64,000 nt of DNA from Lama glama (taxonomy: Eukaryota), in assembly GCA_028534125.1 (NCBI GenBank), contig CM052818.1:6388001-6452000 (forward strand), read 5' to 3'. Numbering within the stretch: the stretch's first letter is position 1; each line of letters starts with the position of its first letter. The position numbers and the translations under genes are program-made. The notes under the pieces were generated by a model that saw only the letters and a list, made by a program, of their open reading frames with translations, was not told where the DNA came from and did no database searches. Shown piece by piece: positions 62,601-64,000 of this stretch.

Positions 62601-64000
62601 CAGGGTAACCGCTGGGTACGCTGCTATTTGGGGATATCTAAACGAAACCGTAGATGCACCAGCCGCTTCTTGCACGTCACCTCAGATTCCCTCGGCCTCA
62701 CCTGTCTCTTCGTCCACTCAGACCACTTCCCACAGCACCACACTCAGGCCCACACGGGTCCTCCTTCTCTTCTCTCACAGGGATGCACCCACTCTGTTCA
62801 TGCATGCATGACTCAGAAATGCAGGCAAGGTGACCTCCCACAGAGCAAATGTCCCAACAGCGGGAGATGAGAGCCAGTGAATAAGTACCCCTCCCTTTTC
62901 CCAAAAGTCGCAATCTGGACTTCATATGCCCCAGGCCTCTTGAGCAGTCGGAGAGGATCAAGCTTCCCAGTGCCCAGAGCAGTGGTCGGATCCAACACAC
63001 ATCCTTCTTTTGGCTCTCCTTTCCCTGCTTCGGTCTCCAGTCCCCGGTTCCCTGGCCCCTGCTGCCTCTCAGGCCCTTATTTTAGGCAGACCGGGCTGAC
63101 CTCTGAATATCTCTGAGTGGCACAGTTTTATGGTTGGTGTTAATTTTTCTCTGTTTCCCTTATCTCTGTTTCCTAACCATTCTTTCAATGAACACATCCT
63201 ACTCTTGGGATTTTTAAGTTCTTCCCCCCACCCCTGTCAAGCTTATGGTCACAACTTCAAGACCAATTTCCCTGGGTTATGAAAGTAATATGAAACTAGA
63301 GTTAGGAGGCAAGTGTAGGAATGTGACATTAAACACTGCCAGAAAAAGAACACACCTAACACAGGGTCCTCCCGGGAAGGAGGGGGGCGTGGCTACTCTT
63401 CCTGGGTGCTCCACAGCTGCTCTGAGGTGGGTTTCTCAGGAAAGGGAGAAGCCTGTGCAGAGAGGGGAAGGGATACTGGCAAGGGAGGGTACCTGCCTCC
63501 TCTATTCCCCAGTGGGAATGAGGAGCTGGGCCCCCCACCCCCTAACACCCCACCTCTGTCCCCGGGCTGCAGGCCTTCTGTTCAGCCAAGGTGCTACGTG
63601 GCTGGCAGGCCCAGTGGAAAGGCAAGGGGGAGCAGGTGAAGCAAGGGGGGGGGGTGCCACACTAGGTGTGAAGGCCCCTCGCAGAGCCGGAGAGAGCCAT
63701 TTGCCTGTGGCTCAGACGAACGACTGAAAAGGCTCTGCACAGCACAGCTCTGTTTGAGGGACAGGAACACGCCTCAGGAGTCTCGTAATTACAAAGCGGG
63801 AGGCTCTGCGGCAGGACGTGGAAAACCCACCTCGACTGCTTACATCACTGAGTGGATCCTTGGCCCCCACTGTTTCCGGGTCTGCCTGCTGCCAAAGGAC
63901 AAAAGCCCGGGGCCCCAAGCTATGACCCAGGCTCTGGGCATCCACCCTTCTCCCCACGTCAGCCAGGGAGAAGCGGGACAGGGCCGGCTAAGTGCCATGC

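Overview
Mammalian (eukaryotic) genomic DNA, very likely camelid: five copies of a tRNA-Ala-derived SINE match my recollection of the camelid Vic-1 family, and there are artiodactyl/camelid-type L1 3' ends. I find no intact protein-coding gene, true tRNA, rRNA or CRISPR array. The ORF track is chance ORFs, microsatellite translations and decayed LINE-1 ORF2 fragments. Much of the window is transposable-element relics (L1, L2, MIR, MLT1/LTR16/MER41-like LTRs, MER20, MER63A, Tigger), several with recognisable target-site duplications (TSDs) and nesting. The + strand looks A/C-rich by eye, most L1s lie on +, and the best splice signals are on the - strand. This suggests the window lies inside the long 5' or intronic part of an unidentified minus-strand gene. 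Best leads: (1) an exon cluster with an RFX X-box at 36.4-36.9 kb whose 208-nt exon, spliced to a 152-nt exon at 22.1-22.3 kb, gives a 120-codon open frame; (2) a candidate recursive splice site at 11.15 kb; (3) a CpG-retaining element at 5.1-5.6 kb; (4) a MER41-like solo LTR with a GAS-like site; (5) a homeodomain-site-rich unique block at 45.6-46.8 kb. I cannot claim a new biological system. All exon and regulatory calls are motif-based hypotheses. Repeat subfamily names come from memory of consensus sequences, and repeat boundaries without a TSD are approximate.
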